Translations under genes and position numbers: made by a program
Part shown: positions 26,201 through 37,500 of the stretch, in pieces
Numbering within the stretch: position 1 is the stretch's first letter
Layout of the letters: each line of letters begins with the position of its first letter
Source: Eledone cirrhosa
Taxonomy: Eukaryota
Assembly (NCBI GenBank): GCA_964016885.1
Contig: OZ024741.1
Span: forward strand, 20,584,001 to 20,648,000
Direction: 5' to 3'
Length of the DNA stretch: 64,000 bases
Notes under the pieces: generated by a model
Database searches by the model: none
The model's input: the letters and a program-made list of their open reading frames with translations, nothing else
What the model was told of the DNA's origin: nothing

Positions 26201-27675
26201 GCCTTTACTGTGAAAATACAATAGTAAATATAGAGTAATGTAAATGTTATGTGAGGTAAAGCCTTTACTGTGAAAATACAATAGTATATATGGTGTAATG
26301 TAAATGTTATGTGAGGTAAAGCCTTTACTGTGAAAATACAATACTATATATGGTGTAATGTAAATGTTATGTGAGGTAAAGCCTTTACTGTGAAAATACA
26401 ATACTATATATAGAGTAATGTAAATGTTATATGAGGTAAAGCCTTTACTGTGAAAATACAATAGTATATATAGAGTAATGTAAATGTTATGTGAGGTAAA
26501 GCCTTTACTGTGAAAATACAATACTATATATAGAGTAATGTAAATGCTATGTGAGGTAAAGCCTTTACTGTGAAAATACAATAGTATATATGTGACGTAA
26601 AGCCTTTACTGTGAAAATACAATAGTATATATAGAGTAATGTAAATGTTATGTGAGGTAAAGCCTTTACTGTGAAAATACAATAGTATATATAGAGTAAT
26701 GTAAATGTTATGTGAGGTAAAGCCTTTACTGTGAAAATACAATAGTATATATAGAGTAATGTAAATGTTATGTGAGGTAAAGCCTTTACTGTGAAAATAC
26801 AATACTATATATAGAGTAATGTAAATGTTATGTGAGGTAAAGCCTTTACTGTGAAAATACAATAGTATATATAGAGTAATGTAAATGTTATGTGAGGTAA
26901 AGCCTTTACTGTGAAAATACACTAGTATTTATAGAGTAATGTAAATGTTATGTGAGGTAAAGCCTTTACTGTGAAAATACACTAGTATATATAGAGTAAT
27001 GTAAATGTTATGTGAGGTAAAGCCTTTACTGTGAAAATACACTAGTATATATAGAGTAATGTAAATGTTATGTGAGGTAAAGCCTTTACTGTTAAAATAC
27101 ACTAGTATATATAGAGTAATGTAAATGTTATGTGAGGTAAAGCCTTTACTGTGAAAATACACTAGTATATATAGAGTAATGTAAATGTTATGTGAGGTAA
27201 AGCCTTTACTGTGAAAATACAATAGTATATATAGAGTAATGTAAATGTTATGTGAGGTAAAGCCTTTACTGTGAAAATACAATAGTATATATAGAGTAAT
27301 GTAAATGTTATGTGAGGTAAAGCCTTTACTGTGAAAATACAATAGTAAATATAGAGTAATGTAAATGTTATGTGAGGTAAAGCCTTTACTGTGAAAATAC
27401 AATACTATATATAGAGTAATGTAAATGTTATGTGAGGTAAAGCCTTTACTGTGAAAATACACTAGTATATATAGAGTAATGTAAATGTTATGTGAGGTAA
27501 AGCCTTTACTGTGAAAATACAATAGTATATATAGAGTAATGTAAATGTTATGTGAGGTGAAGCCTTTACTGTGAAAATACAATACTATATATAGAGTAAT
27601 GTAAATGTTATGTGAGGTAAAGCCTTTACTGTGAAAATACAATACTATATATGGAGTAATGTAAATGCTAAAGGG
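23211..27675. repeat. 60-bp satellite, block 3, ending in the MITE terminal inverted repeat ...GTAAATGCTAAAGGG
   Basis: Same unit; the last unit runs into TAAATGCTAAAGGG at 27662-27675. Confidence 0.98.
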
Positions 27676-27969
27676 TGATGCCAACTTTGTGAGTGAAACA
27701 CGTGTATTGAGAATAAACTTTTACTTTTTTTTTTATGTTTTTAAAAAAAGTTAATAAAAAGAAACAACTAAATATTCATCATGTCCAGTTTTGTAGGATT
27801 TGAAACTCATAACATTGAAATAGCCACTTAATGTAATATGAAAGCTACTTCTCAATACTTCGTTCTTTTCATACTAAATCACTTGTGTTCCTATTATTCT
27901 AAACTTCCAGTCATTTCTATACACCAACACACTTCTCCTTGACCTTCTCCTCTTACAATCGTTTCTATA

Positions 27970-28120
27970 TTTCATCTGTCACCCACCTTGTGGATTGTCT
28001 CTCTGTTGACCACTGGCCACTGGTCTCTGTCCTCTGAGACATATATCATCTGCCTGTCACCCACTTTGTGGAGTGTCTCTCTGTTGACCACTGGTCACTA
28101 GTCTCTGTCCTTTGAGGCAT
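27970..28120. repeat. Two-copy diverged tandem duplication (about 75-80 bp)
   Basis: CTGTCACCCAC..TGTGGA.TGTCTCTCTGTTGACCACTGG..TCTCTGTCCT occurs twice. Confidence 0.8.
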
Positions 28121-28203
28121 TTTTGCCCATCACTGTCATTGACAGCATTTGGCTGTTTTTGCAATGAGTCTTCTAATTTTTATATGTATATTCTAAAGTA
28201 TTT

Positions 28204-28375
28204 ATCATCATCATCACACATCTACACTAACATGGGTTAGACGAGTTGTCCCATTGTGAAACAAGCCAGATCAGATGACCATGCTTTGTTCATACAGAAC
28301 TGTTTCTGGCTTGGTTTCTATGGCTGGATGCCCTTCCTAATGCCAACCACACAGTCAGGAATCACATTTACAGTG
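28204..28375 (-). mobile_element. RTE 3'-tail fragment or RTE-tailed SINE
   Basis: (CAT)n, CATGGGTTAGACG and GGCTGGATGCCCTTCCTAA..CCAACC, homologous to 8768-8945. Confidence 0.75.
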
Positions 28376-28576
28376 GTTTACCTAAAAACCTTTCATCATA
28401 ATTAATTACTTATATAACAAATTCTCTCTAAAATATGTTAATTATTTTCAAAAGCATAATATCGTTCATTAGGAATATTTTAACAAAAATGTTAAACTTT
28501 AGCATTTGTATCAACCTCACCCTTTACAGCTATATCCCATACTTGCATGGGTCAGGCAGGTTGTCACATTCTAGGA

Positions 28577-29414
28577 CAGAGGTTCTGAAACTTTTTGGAC
28601 CACCTCACGGCCACATTATATACCCCCAACCCTATTTCCATGCAAATTGTAAATAATATAAATAATATAAATTGTAAATTGTAAATAATATAAATAATAA
28701 TAAATAAAATTGTTAGTCTATATATAATAAATAATATAATATATGCTATGTATAAATGAATATTATATTTTATTTTACTATATTTATCTATATATATAAA
28801 ATTGTATTCCTGTTTGTTTGTTTGTTCACAAACTCCTATGGTTTTGGAGATAGACCCCCATAACCATATATATTCTGAAACTACATTGTCCACAGTACTT
28901 GGATAAGTATATTTCATTTTAATCAAAGGGTTCTCTGGGGGCACAAAACCCCCGCTAAAAATTGTTTCCCTTCGGTTTATATGAAATTTAAACCATAGCT
29001 AAATGACAAGATTTTATGCCTATTCACAAAAGTTTTGAATTGATATTATGAAAAAAATGATTTACAAGAAACAAAATAAGAATAAGATTTAATAATGTAA
29101 TTTTGATTTGATATATTACAAAAAAATAATGTTTTCCAATTTTTCATGCATTACATTTTACATTGAGTAATATTGAAATGCAGAGTTTTTCTCCATAAAT
29201 TATATCACTGATTTAAAATCAATCATCATTTTCTTACAAAAAAAATGTGTGAAATGCAGCAAGGCGCTGGTAATTCGGCTATATATAATATGTATCATTT
29301 TATATTTAATATACTATTATATCATCTCTACTGCCCCCTTAGGCCCCAGCGACCCCTGGGCCTACCCCCCCCCCCCTCCCGCAGGGGGCAGTAGTCCCAC
29401 TTTGAGAACCTCTG
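28577..29414. mobile_element. Non-autonomous hAT (Charlie/Buster-type) element
   Basis: TIRs CAGAGGTTCTGAAA / TTTGAGAACCTCTG; 8-bp TSD TTCTAGGA (28569-28576) / TTCTAGGG (29415-29422). Confidence 0.88.
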
Positions 29415-29482
29415 TTCTAGGGCTTGACATAACAGCTGACCACATCTTATTCATATATTTTGTTATATATAATCTAATCTAA

Positions 29483-29817
29483 TGTCAATGTGCGTGAACG
29501 ACCAAGCATAGATGAGTTGAGAGAGAAACTGTGTATAAGAGGGATAAGGTTGTGGTGTGCAGGAGAGGAGACTACGATGGTATGGACATGTGAAGCACAT
29601 GGAGGATGACCACTGCGTAAAGAAGTGCCAAGAAATCCCAGCAGAAGGAAGACAACAAAAAACATGGGTGGAGGTGGTGAGAGCTGACTCCAGATCGCTG
29701 AAGCTCACGGAGGAGATAAGGAAGGACCATGACAAGTGGAGAGATGATTGCTGAATAGGATCTGTCCCACCCTTGAAAGCAGGAAAAAGCAGACATATAA
29801 TGATGATGACGATGATG
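29483..29817 (+). mobile_element. Degraded RTE 3' end
   Basis: QERRLRWYGHVKHMEDDHCVKKC followed by an (ATG)n tail. Confidence 0.8.
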
Positions 29818-29853
29818 AAGCTAATCTATGATTCCTATTTTTTCTTATTTTAG

Positions 29854-29914
29854 GACAACCAAGTAATTGGTATTGGCAGTGGCTCAACCATAGCTTTTGC
29901 AGTAGAAAGACTTG
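29854..29914 (+). CDS. RPIA: Ribose-5-phosphate isomerase A, internal exon ([20 protein letters not shown] + 1 nt)
   Basis: Polypyrimidine tract and TAG acceptor, GTAAGT donor; GIGSGST is the RpiA signature. Confidence 0.93.
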
Positions 29915-29975
29915 GTAAGTCTTAAACATTTTATTTTTTATTTTTTATCAGTTATCAGTTGTTAATGTATTCTGG

Positions 29976-30535
29976 TCATTTACCCCAGCCTCACGTTGAC
30001 TCTGAGATCTTGGGCAAGTATCATTTACCCCAGCCTCATGTTGACCCTGACCCTTGGGGCAAGTATCAGTTACCCCAGCCCCAGGTTGACCCTGACCTCT
30101 TGGGTAACACTTACCCCAGTCTCACGTTGACCCTGACCTCTTGTGCAAGTGTCAGTTACCCCAGACCCAGGTTGATCCTGACCTCTGGGGCAAGTATCAG
30201 TTACCCCAGCCTCACATTGACCCTGACATCTTGGGTAACATTTACCCCAGCTTCACGTTGAGCCTGACCTCTGGTGCAAGTGTCATTTAACCTCAGGCTC
30301 ACGTTGACCCTGACATCTTGGGTAACATTTACCCCAGTCACATGATGACCCTGGCATCTTGGGTAACACTTACCCCAGCCTCACGTTGATCCTGACCTCT
30401 GGGGCAAGTATCAGTTAACCCAGCCTCATGTTGACCCTGACATCTTGGGTAACACTTACCCCAGCTTCACATTGACCCTGACCTCTGGGGCAAGTATCAG
30501 TTACCCCAGCCTCATGTTGGCCCTGACATCTTGGG
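29976..30535. repeat. 41/45-bp minisatellite, about 13 copies
   Basis: TTACCCCAGCCTCACGTTGACCCTGACCTCTGGGGCAAGTATCAG-like units. Confidence 0.92.
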
Positions 30536-30767
30536 AGTGAAATTGGATAGATGTAAACTATTTGCAAGTCAAGAACCATGTCACACATTGTGTTCAGGCT
30601 GAAATTTCCTAGAGAATTAGAGAATTATGTTATGGATACATGTGTCTGTGGAATACTCAGCCATTCCTTTATTAATTTCATGATCAGGCTGTTCCATTGA
30701 TTTATCAACTAGAACACTTATTGTCAAAACCGTTTGAATATAGGGTAGCTTCGAAATTTATTCTTTC

Positions 30768-30990
30768 TTAACCCTTTAGCATTTACATTACTCTATATTT
30801 ACTATTATATTTTCACAGTAAACGATTTATCTCAATTAATTATCCTCACATAATATCGAATCTATCAGATTTTGATATTATTTATTTTGAGAACAATATC
30901 TTTACATAAGTATGAGTAGCCAGTTACAGCTGGTTTGAACAGAAAGGGGGGAGACAATTCTGGCCGGATACAGCCGGTTTAAAGGGTTAA
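30768..30990 (+). mobile_element. piggyBac-type MITE, copy 1
   Basis: TTAA-CCCTTTAGCATTTA ... TTTAAAGGG-TTAA (small deletion in right TIR). Confidence 0.9.
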
Positions 30991-31146
30991 GGTATTATAG
31001 TTTGCTTAAAACATTGTGGAATATGAGATACAAATACGACTATGAAATAAGTTTGATTATTTGAAAGCTCGACAATGCATGTTAGGTAAAAATGTCAAGG
31101 TAATAAACTTATTTTCTGCTCTGAATAATTTGACTTTATATTACAG

Positions 31147-31202
31147 CTCAACGTGTTGAAGAAGAGAAACTGACTGTAAAATGTGTTCCAACATCTTTCC
31201 AG
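31147..31202 (+). CDS. RPIA: RPIA internal exon ((A)[18 protein letters not shown])
   Basis: TTACAG acceptor and GT donor; phase 1 joins the previous exon (G+CT = Ala); conserved PTS motif. Confidence 0.92.
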
Positions 31203-31204
31203 GT

Positions 31205-31419
31205 TTAACCCTTTACCATTTACATTACTCTATATATACTATTGTATTTTCACAGTAAACACTTTATCTCACATAATATCGAATCTACAAGATTTTGATA
31301 TTATTTATTTTGAGAACAATACCTTCACATAAGTATGAGTGGCTAGTTACGGCTGGTTTGAATAGAAAGAGATGAGAGAATTCTGGCCGGATATGCTGGT
31401 TTAAATGCTAAAAGGTTAA
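31205..31419 (+). mobile_element. piggyBac-type MITE, copy 2, inserted in the splice-donor TTAA
   Basis: TTAA-CCCTTTACCATTTA ... TAAATGCTAAAAGG-TTAA. Confidence 0.9.
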
Positions 31420-31469
31420 ATTACTTTTCTTGTTCCATATCAACAGTAGTTTCATCTATAGTGGTTTCT

Positions 31470-31665
31470 GAGTTAGGCACAAGGCCAACAATTTTGGGTA
31501 GGGATGTCAATTAATTCAACCCCAGTGTATCACTGGTACTTTATTTTATCAACCCAGTAAGGATGAAAGGTAAAGCTAATCTCAGCTGGATTTGAACTCA
31601 GAATGTAAAGGGCCGTAACTCTATGCTGCAAAGCATTTTGTTTGATGCTTTACTGATACTGCCAA
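31470..31665 (-). mobile_element. tRNA-derived SINE
   Basis: B-box GAGTTCAAATCC and TTTCATCC..GGGTTGATAAAATAAAGTACCAG on the minus strand. Confidence 0.7.
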
Positions 31666-31744
31666 TCTACCACACTAGTGTCATCAATACTGTTGAATAT
31701 ATTTCATTGTTGGAGCCCAGGATTGCTATGCCATATATACCAAC

Positions 31745-31955
31745 AGTATTGGTAGAGGGTCGGACGTCCTGTTTGCAGCAAAGAGTTACGTCCCTTTACG
31801 ATTTGAGTTCAATTTCCGCCATTGTTAACTTTGCCTTTCATCCTTAGAGGGTCGATAAAATAAAGTAGCAGTAATGCACTGGGGTCAATTTAATCGATTT
31901 TCCCCTCCTCCAAAATTGCTGGCCTTGTGCCTATAGGAGGAAAAATTATTATTAT
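31745..31955 (+). mobile_element. tRNA-derived SINE (same family, opposite orientation)
   Basis: GAGTTCAATTTCC..CTTTGCCTTTCATCC..GGGTCGATAAAATAAAGTAGCAG. Confidence 0.7.
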
Positions 31956-32138
31956 TACTAACTTTGCCATATGCGGATACATGCAAACACATGTAGACTC
32001 ACACAGACACACAATGGACGGAGGCAATTGGTGGCCTTGAGCCAAAAGTAGAAACAATTATTGGTATGTATGGCACACCATACATACTGAAATTTGTTTA
32101 TGTAAATTTTAAAAAGTTACAGTCTAATATATAAAGCG

Positions 32139-32595
32139 TCAGATTGGCAGGGTCATTAGAACATCAGATTGGCAGGGTCATTAGAACATCAGATTGGCAG
32201 GGTCATTAGAACATCAGATTGGCAGGGTCATTAGAACATCAGATTGGCAGGGTCATTAGAACATCAGATTGGCAGGGTCATTAGAACATCAGATTGGCAG
32301 GGTCATTAGAACATCAGATTGGCAGGGTCATTAGAACATCAGATAGGCAGGGTCATTAGAACATCAGATTGGCAGGGTCATTAGAACATCAGATTGGCAG
32401 GGTCATTAGAACATCAGATTGGCAGGGTCATTAGAACATCAGATTGGCAGGGTCATTAGAACATCAGATTGGCAGGGTCATTAGAACATCAGATTGGCAG
32501 GGTCATTAGAACATCAGATAGGCAGGGTCATTAGAACATCAGATTGGCAGGGTCATTAGAACATCAGATTGGCAGGGTCATTAGAACATCAGATA
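32139..32595 (+). repeat. 25-bp minisatellite (CATCAGATTGGCAGGGTCATTAGAA), about 18 copies, forming the head of a SINE that continues to about 32700
   Basis: Near-perfect periodicity, followed by GAGTTCAAATCC..CTTTACCTTTCATCC. Confidence 0.93.
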
Positions 32596-33169
32596 GAATG
32601 ATTTATGGTATTTGTTCCGGCTCTCTGAGTTCAAATCCTGTCGAGGTCAGCTTTACCTTTCATCCTTTTGAGTCGATCAGTCAAGTACTGGGGTCGATTC
32701 TTCCTTTATATCTTTTTCTCACTTCCTTTCTCTACTTTCTATCCTTCTCTGGAAGAAATCTGCTACATTCAGACCAGGAGAGGAAGGGGCTCAGCCAGGC
32801 ATAAAATGTCCAAGTAATGGCGTATATCAATATGGCACCCCTATGACTCCATCAGGAGTTACAGGACCATACCATATATATAAATATACAAACACACACG
32901 GCATATTTTAGCTGTATATGGTTTCATAGTTTTCCAACGAACCTAAATCTGCAGACAGGATGTTGCATTGGACTAGAAACTCACAGGTTGTGAATTCAAA
33001 TTTATTACAAATGTTTTATTGTGTTTCTTGACAAGTTACTTATATTATATTACCTCTATTCACGCAACTCTGAAATAGTCACCAGATTTATTTTTTTCCT
33101 GATGGCAAGTCGACTGATTTTTACACCCACCAGTCCTGATACCGCTTCCAACCTAGCTGTGCATGTCAA

Positions 33170-33890
33170 TCCTGCTATTTTCAGATGACATGGTGTTATT
33201 AAACTTAACAGATGATGATCTCCAACTTGCACTTAGTAGGTTTGACGCTAAGTGCTGCATGGTTTGAATTGCTGCAAAAACTGAGGTACTTGTCCTCTCA
33301 AGGAAGCCTGCACAATGCACTCTACATGTGAATGGAGTTCTACTGATTCAGGTGGAGAGGTTCAAATAGCTCAGGGCCATATTCATGGGTGATGGAAGGC
33401 AGCAGGCTGAATTAAGTGCAAGAATTGCAGGAGCTGGTGCAGTAAAGTGCCAGCTACAGTAATCAGGAGGGAGGTAGGTGTAAAAGCCAAATTTGCTATC
33501 TTCAATTCAGTATTTGTGCCACTCCTACCTATGGTCATGAATCTTGGGTAATGACCAATAGAATATGATCATGAATACAAGTGGCCAGAATGGAGTTCCT
33601 CCAAAGGATCATTGGAGTAACATTTTACTTGATAGAGTGCGTAGCTTGGAGATCAGGATACTATGGGCATGTAGTTAGAATGTCTCAGGAAAGAATCAAT
33701 GGACAGATTTTACAGGCAAAACTAACTGGCAGGAGACCAAGGGGTAGACCTCAAACAAGATGGTTGGATAACATCCATGAGCTTGGCTGGTCTTGCTTGG
33801 AGATCCAGCTGGACACGGTTGTTTCTGACAGGACCTGCTGGAAGGAGTTTTTGAGGACTGTACCTCCATGTCCCTCTCAGGAATAAGTTG
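33170..33890 (+). pseudogene. Degraded RTE-like RT C-terminal fragment (different family)
   Basis: KTEVLVLSRKP, YGHESW, YYGHVVRM and RPRGRPQTRW with stops and frameshifts. Confidence 0.75.
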
Positions 33891-34059
33891 CTAGTTCTAA
33901 ATCTAAAGTCTGTCTCAAGCCAGGATTTCCCCTGGACAGGACACCAGTCCATCACAGGGTTAAAGTCTGCCTCAAGCCAGGAGGCTCATCAGGCCAGTCT
34001 TTATCCTGGTTTCCGTGGTGTGAAGCAGCTGAGAGGACAAATTAAACTCCCAGCTATTG

Positions 34060-34220
34060 CAGGTATTCGGTGGATTGGCAGTATCGGTAGAAGGTCGGAT
34101 TCCATGCTTTGAGGCATAGATTTACGGCCCTTGACTTTCATCCTTACAGGGTCGATAAAATAAAGTACCAGTAATACACTGGGTACTTGCTGGCCTTGTT
34201 CCAAAAGTAGAAACAATTAT
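34060..34220 (+). mobile_element. SINE fragment
   Basis: CTTTCATCC..GGGTCGATAAAATAAAGTACCAG. Confidence 0.6.
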
Positions 34221-34508
34221 TAGTTGAGTATACTGGAGCAATGTGAGATGAAATGTTTTGCTCAAGAATAGTACCAGAAATCGAACCCTTACCAAATCAC
34301 TAGTTGGTAAGTTCATAAAAAGCAAACGGCTGACTCTGTTTATCTCATTCAATGCTGGAAAGAGGGTACTCATTTGTTGGGGACAAGATGTCCTCTCTAA
34401 TGCAGGTGCCAAAATAAAAGGCTTCAGGTACATTCTGTAAAGGGCGAAGGAACTCCTGAGTCAATGACCATCCAATAGTGAGTGAAAAGCCACATCCTAC
34501 AAATGGTG

Positions 34509-37500
34509 CCTCTGATATGGCTATCATAAGATAGTCTAGCAGAACAGGTCACATCTAGAGTCTCTTATATGGCTATCATAAGATAGTCTAGCAGAACAGG
34601 CCGGATCTAGAGTCTCTGATATGGCTATCATAAGATAGTCTAGCAGAACAGGTCACATCAAGAGTCTCTAATATGGCTATCATAAGATAGTCTAGCAGAA
34701 CAGGCCAGATCTAGAGTCTCTGATATGGCTATCATAAGATAGTCTAGCAGAACAGGTCACATCAAGAGTCTCTGATATGGCTATCATAAGATAGTCTAGC
34801 AGAACAGGTCACATCAAGAGTCTCTTATATGGCTATCATAAGATAGTCTAGCAGAACAGGCCAGATCTAGAGTATCTGATATGGCTATCATAAGATAGTC
34901 TAGCAGAACAGGTCACATCTAGAGTCTCTGATATGGCTATCATAGGATAGTCTAGCAGAACAGGTCACATCAAGAGTCTCTTATATGGCTATCATAAGAT
35001 AGTCTAGCAGAACAGGTCACATCAAGAGTCTCTGATATGGCTATCATAAGATAGTCTAGCAGAACAGGTCACATCAAGAGTCTCTTATATGGCTATCATA
35101 AGATAGTCTAGCAGAACAGGTCACATCAAGAGTCTCTGATATGGCTATCATAAGATAGTCTAGCAGAACAGGTCACATCAAGAGTCTCTGATACAGCTAT
35201 CATAAGATAGTCTAGCAGAACAGGTCACATCTAAAGTCTCTGATATGGCTATCATAAGATAGTCTAGCAGAACAGGTCACATCTAGAGTCTCTGATACAG
35301 CTATCATAAGATAGTCTAGCAGAACAGGCCAGATCTAGAGTCTCTGATATGGCTATCATAGGATAGTCTAGCAGAACAGGTCACATCTAGAGTCTCTGAT
35401 ATGGCTATCATAAAATAGTCTAGCAGAACAGGCCAGATCTAGAGTCTCTGATATGGCTATCATAAGATAGTCTAGCAGAACAGGTCACATCTAGAGTCTC
35501 TTATATGGCTATCATAGGATAGTCTAGCAGAACAGGTCAGATCTAGAGTCTCTGATGCAGCTATCATAAGATAGTCTAGCAGAACAGGCCAGATCTAGAG
35601 TCCCTGATTTGACTATCATAAGATAGTCTAGCAGAACAGGTCACATCTAGAGTCTCTGATATGGCTATCATAAGATAGTCTAGCAGAACAGGTCAGATCT
35701 AGAGTCTCTGATACAGCTATCATAAGATAGTCTAGCAGAACAGGTCACATCAAGAGTCTCTGATACAGCTATCATAGGATAGTCTAGCAGAACAGGCCAC
35801 ATCTAGAGTCTCTGATATGGCTATCATAAGATAGTCTAGCAGAACAGGCCAGATCTAGAGTCTCTGATATGGCTATCATAAGATAGTCTAGCAGAACAGG
35901 TCACATCAACAGTCTCTAATATGGCTATCATAAGATAGTCTAGCAGAACAGGCCAGATCTAGAGTCTCTGATATGGCTATCATAAGATAGTCTAGCAGAA
36001 CAGGTCACATCTAGAGTCTCTGATATGGCTATCATAAGATAGTCTAGCAGAACAGGCCACATCTAGAGTCTCTGATATGGCTATCATAAGATAGTCTAGC
36101 AGAACAGGTCACATCTAGAGTCTCTGATACAGCTATCATAAGATAGCCTAGCAGAACAGGTCACATCTAGAGTCTCTGATATGGCTATCATAAGATAGTC
36201 TAGCAGAACAGGCCTGATCTAGAGTCTCTGATGTGGCTATCATAAGATAGTCTAGCAGAACAGGCCAGATCTAGAGTCCCTGATATGGCTATCATAAGAT
36301 AGTCTAGCAGAACAGGCCAGATCTAGAGTCTCTGATATGGCTATCATAAGATAGTCTAGCAGAACAGGTCACATCAAGAGTCTCTGATATGGCTATCATA
36401 AGATAGTCTAGCAGAACAGGTCACATCAAGAGTCTCTAATATGGCTATCATAAGATAGTCTAGCAGAACAGGCCAGATCTAGAGTCTCTGATATGGCTAT
36501 CATAAGATAGTCTAGCAGAACAGGTCACATCTAGAGTCTAAGATATGACTATCATTAGATAGTCTAGCAGAACAGGTCACATCTAGAGTCTCTGATACAG
36601 CTATCATAAGATAGTCTAGCAGAACAGGTCACATCAAAAGTCTCTGATACAGCTACCATAGGATAGTCTAGCAGAACAGGTCACATCTAGAGTCTCTTAT
36701 ATGGCTATCATAAGATAGTCTAGCAGAACAGGTCACATCTAGAGTCTCTTATATGGCTATCATAAGATAGTCTAGCAGAACAGGTCAGATCTAGAGTCTC
36801 TGATACAGCTATCATAAGATAGTCTAGCAGAACAGGTCACATCTAGAGTCTCTTATATGGCTATCATAAGATAGTCTAGCAGAACAGGTCACATCAAGAG
36901 TCTCTGATATGGCTATCATAAGATAGTCTAGCAGAACAGGTCACATCTAGAGTCTCAGATATGACTATCATAAGATAGTCTAGCAGAACAGGTCACATCT
37001 AGAGTCTCTCATATGGCTATCATAAGATAGTCTAGCAGAACAAGTCTTATCTAGAGTCTCTTATGTGGCTATCATAGGATAGTCTAGCAGAACAGGCCAG
37101 ATCTAGAGTCTCTGATACAGCTATCATAAGATAGTCTAGCAGAACAGGTCACATCTAGAGTCTCTGATACAGCTATCATAAGATAGTCTAGCAGAACAGG
37201 TCACATCTAGAGTCTCTGATACAGCTATCATAGAATAGTCTAGCAGAACAGGTCACATCTAGAGTCTCTTATATGGCTATGATAGGATAGTCTAGCAGAA
37301 CAGGCCAGATCTAGAGTCTCTGATGTGGCTATCATAAGATAGTCTAGCAGAACAGGCCAGATCTAGAGTCTCTGATATGGCTATCATAAGATAGTCTAGC
37401 AGAACAGGCCAGATCTAGAGTCTCTGATATGGCTATCATAGGATAGTCTAGCAGAACAGGCCACATCTAGAGTCCCTGATGTAGCTATCATAAGATAGTC

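Noticed and set aside
359-27684. Many long minus-strand ORFs (YFHSKGFTSHNIYITL.. / FTVKALPHITFTLLYI..)
   Set aside because: Artefact of a 60-bp unit lacking stops in two frames; frames are broken by 41-bp units and TAA variants, with no unique coding context
34340-34460. Possible HDV-like ribozyme upstream of the 52-bp array (GGTACT..GGTGCC, GGCGAA)
   Set aside because: I could not fold convincing P2/P3/P1.1 elements by eye; a descriptor search on the family consensus would be needed
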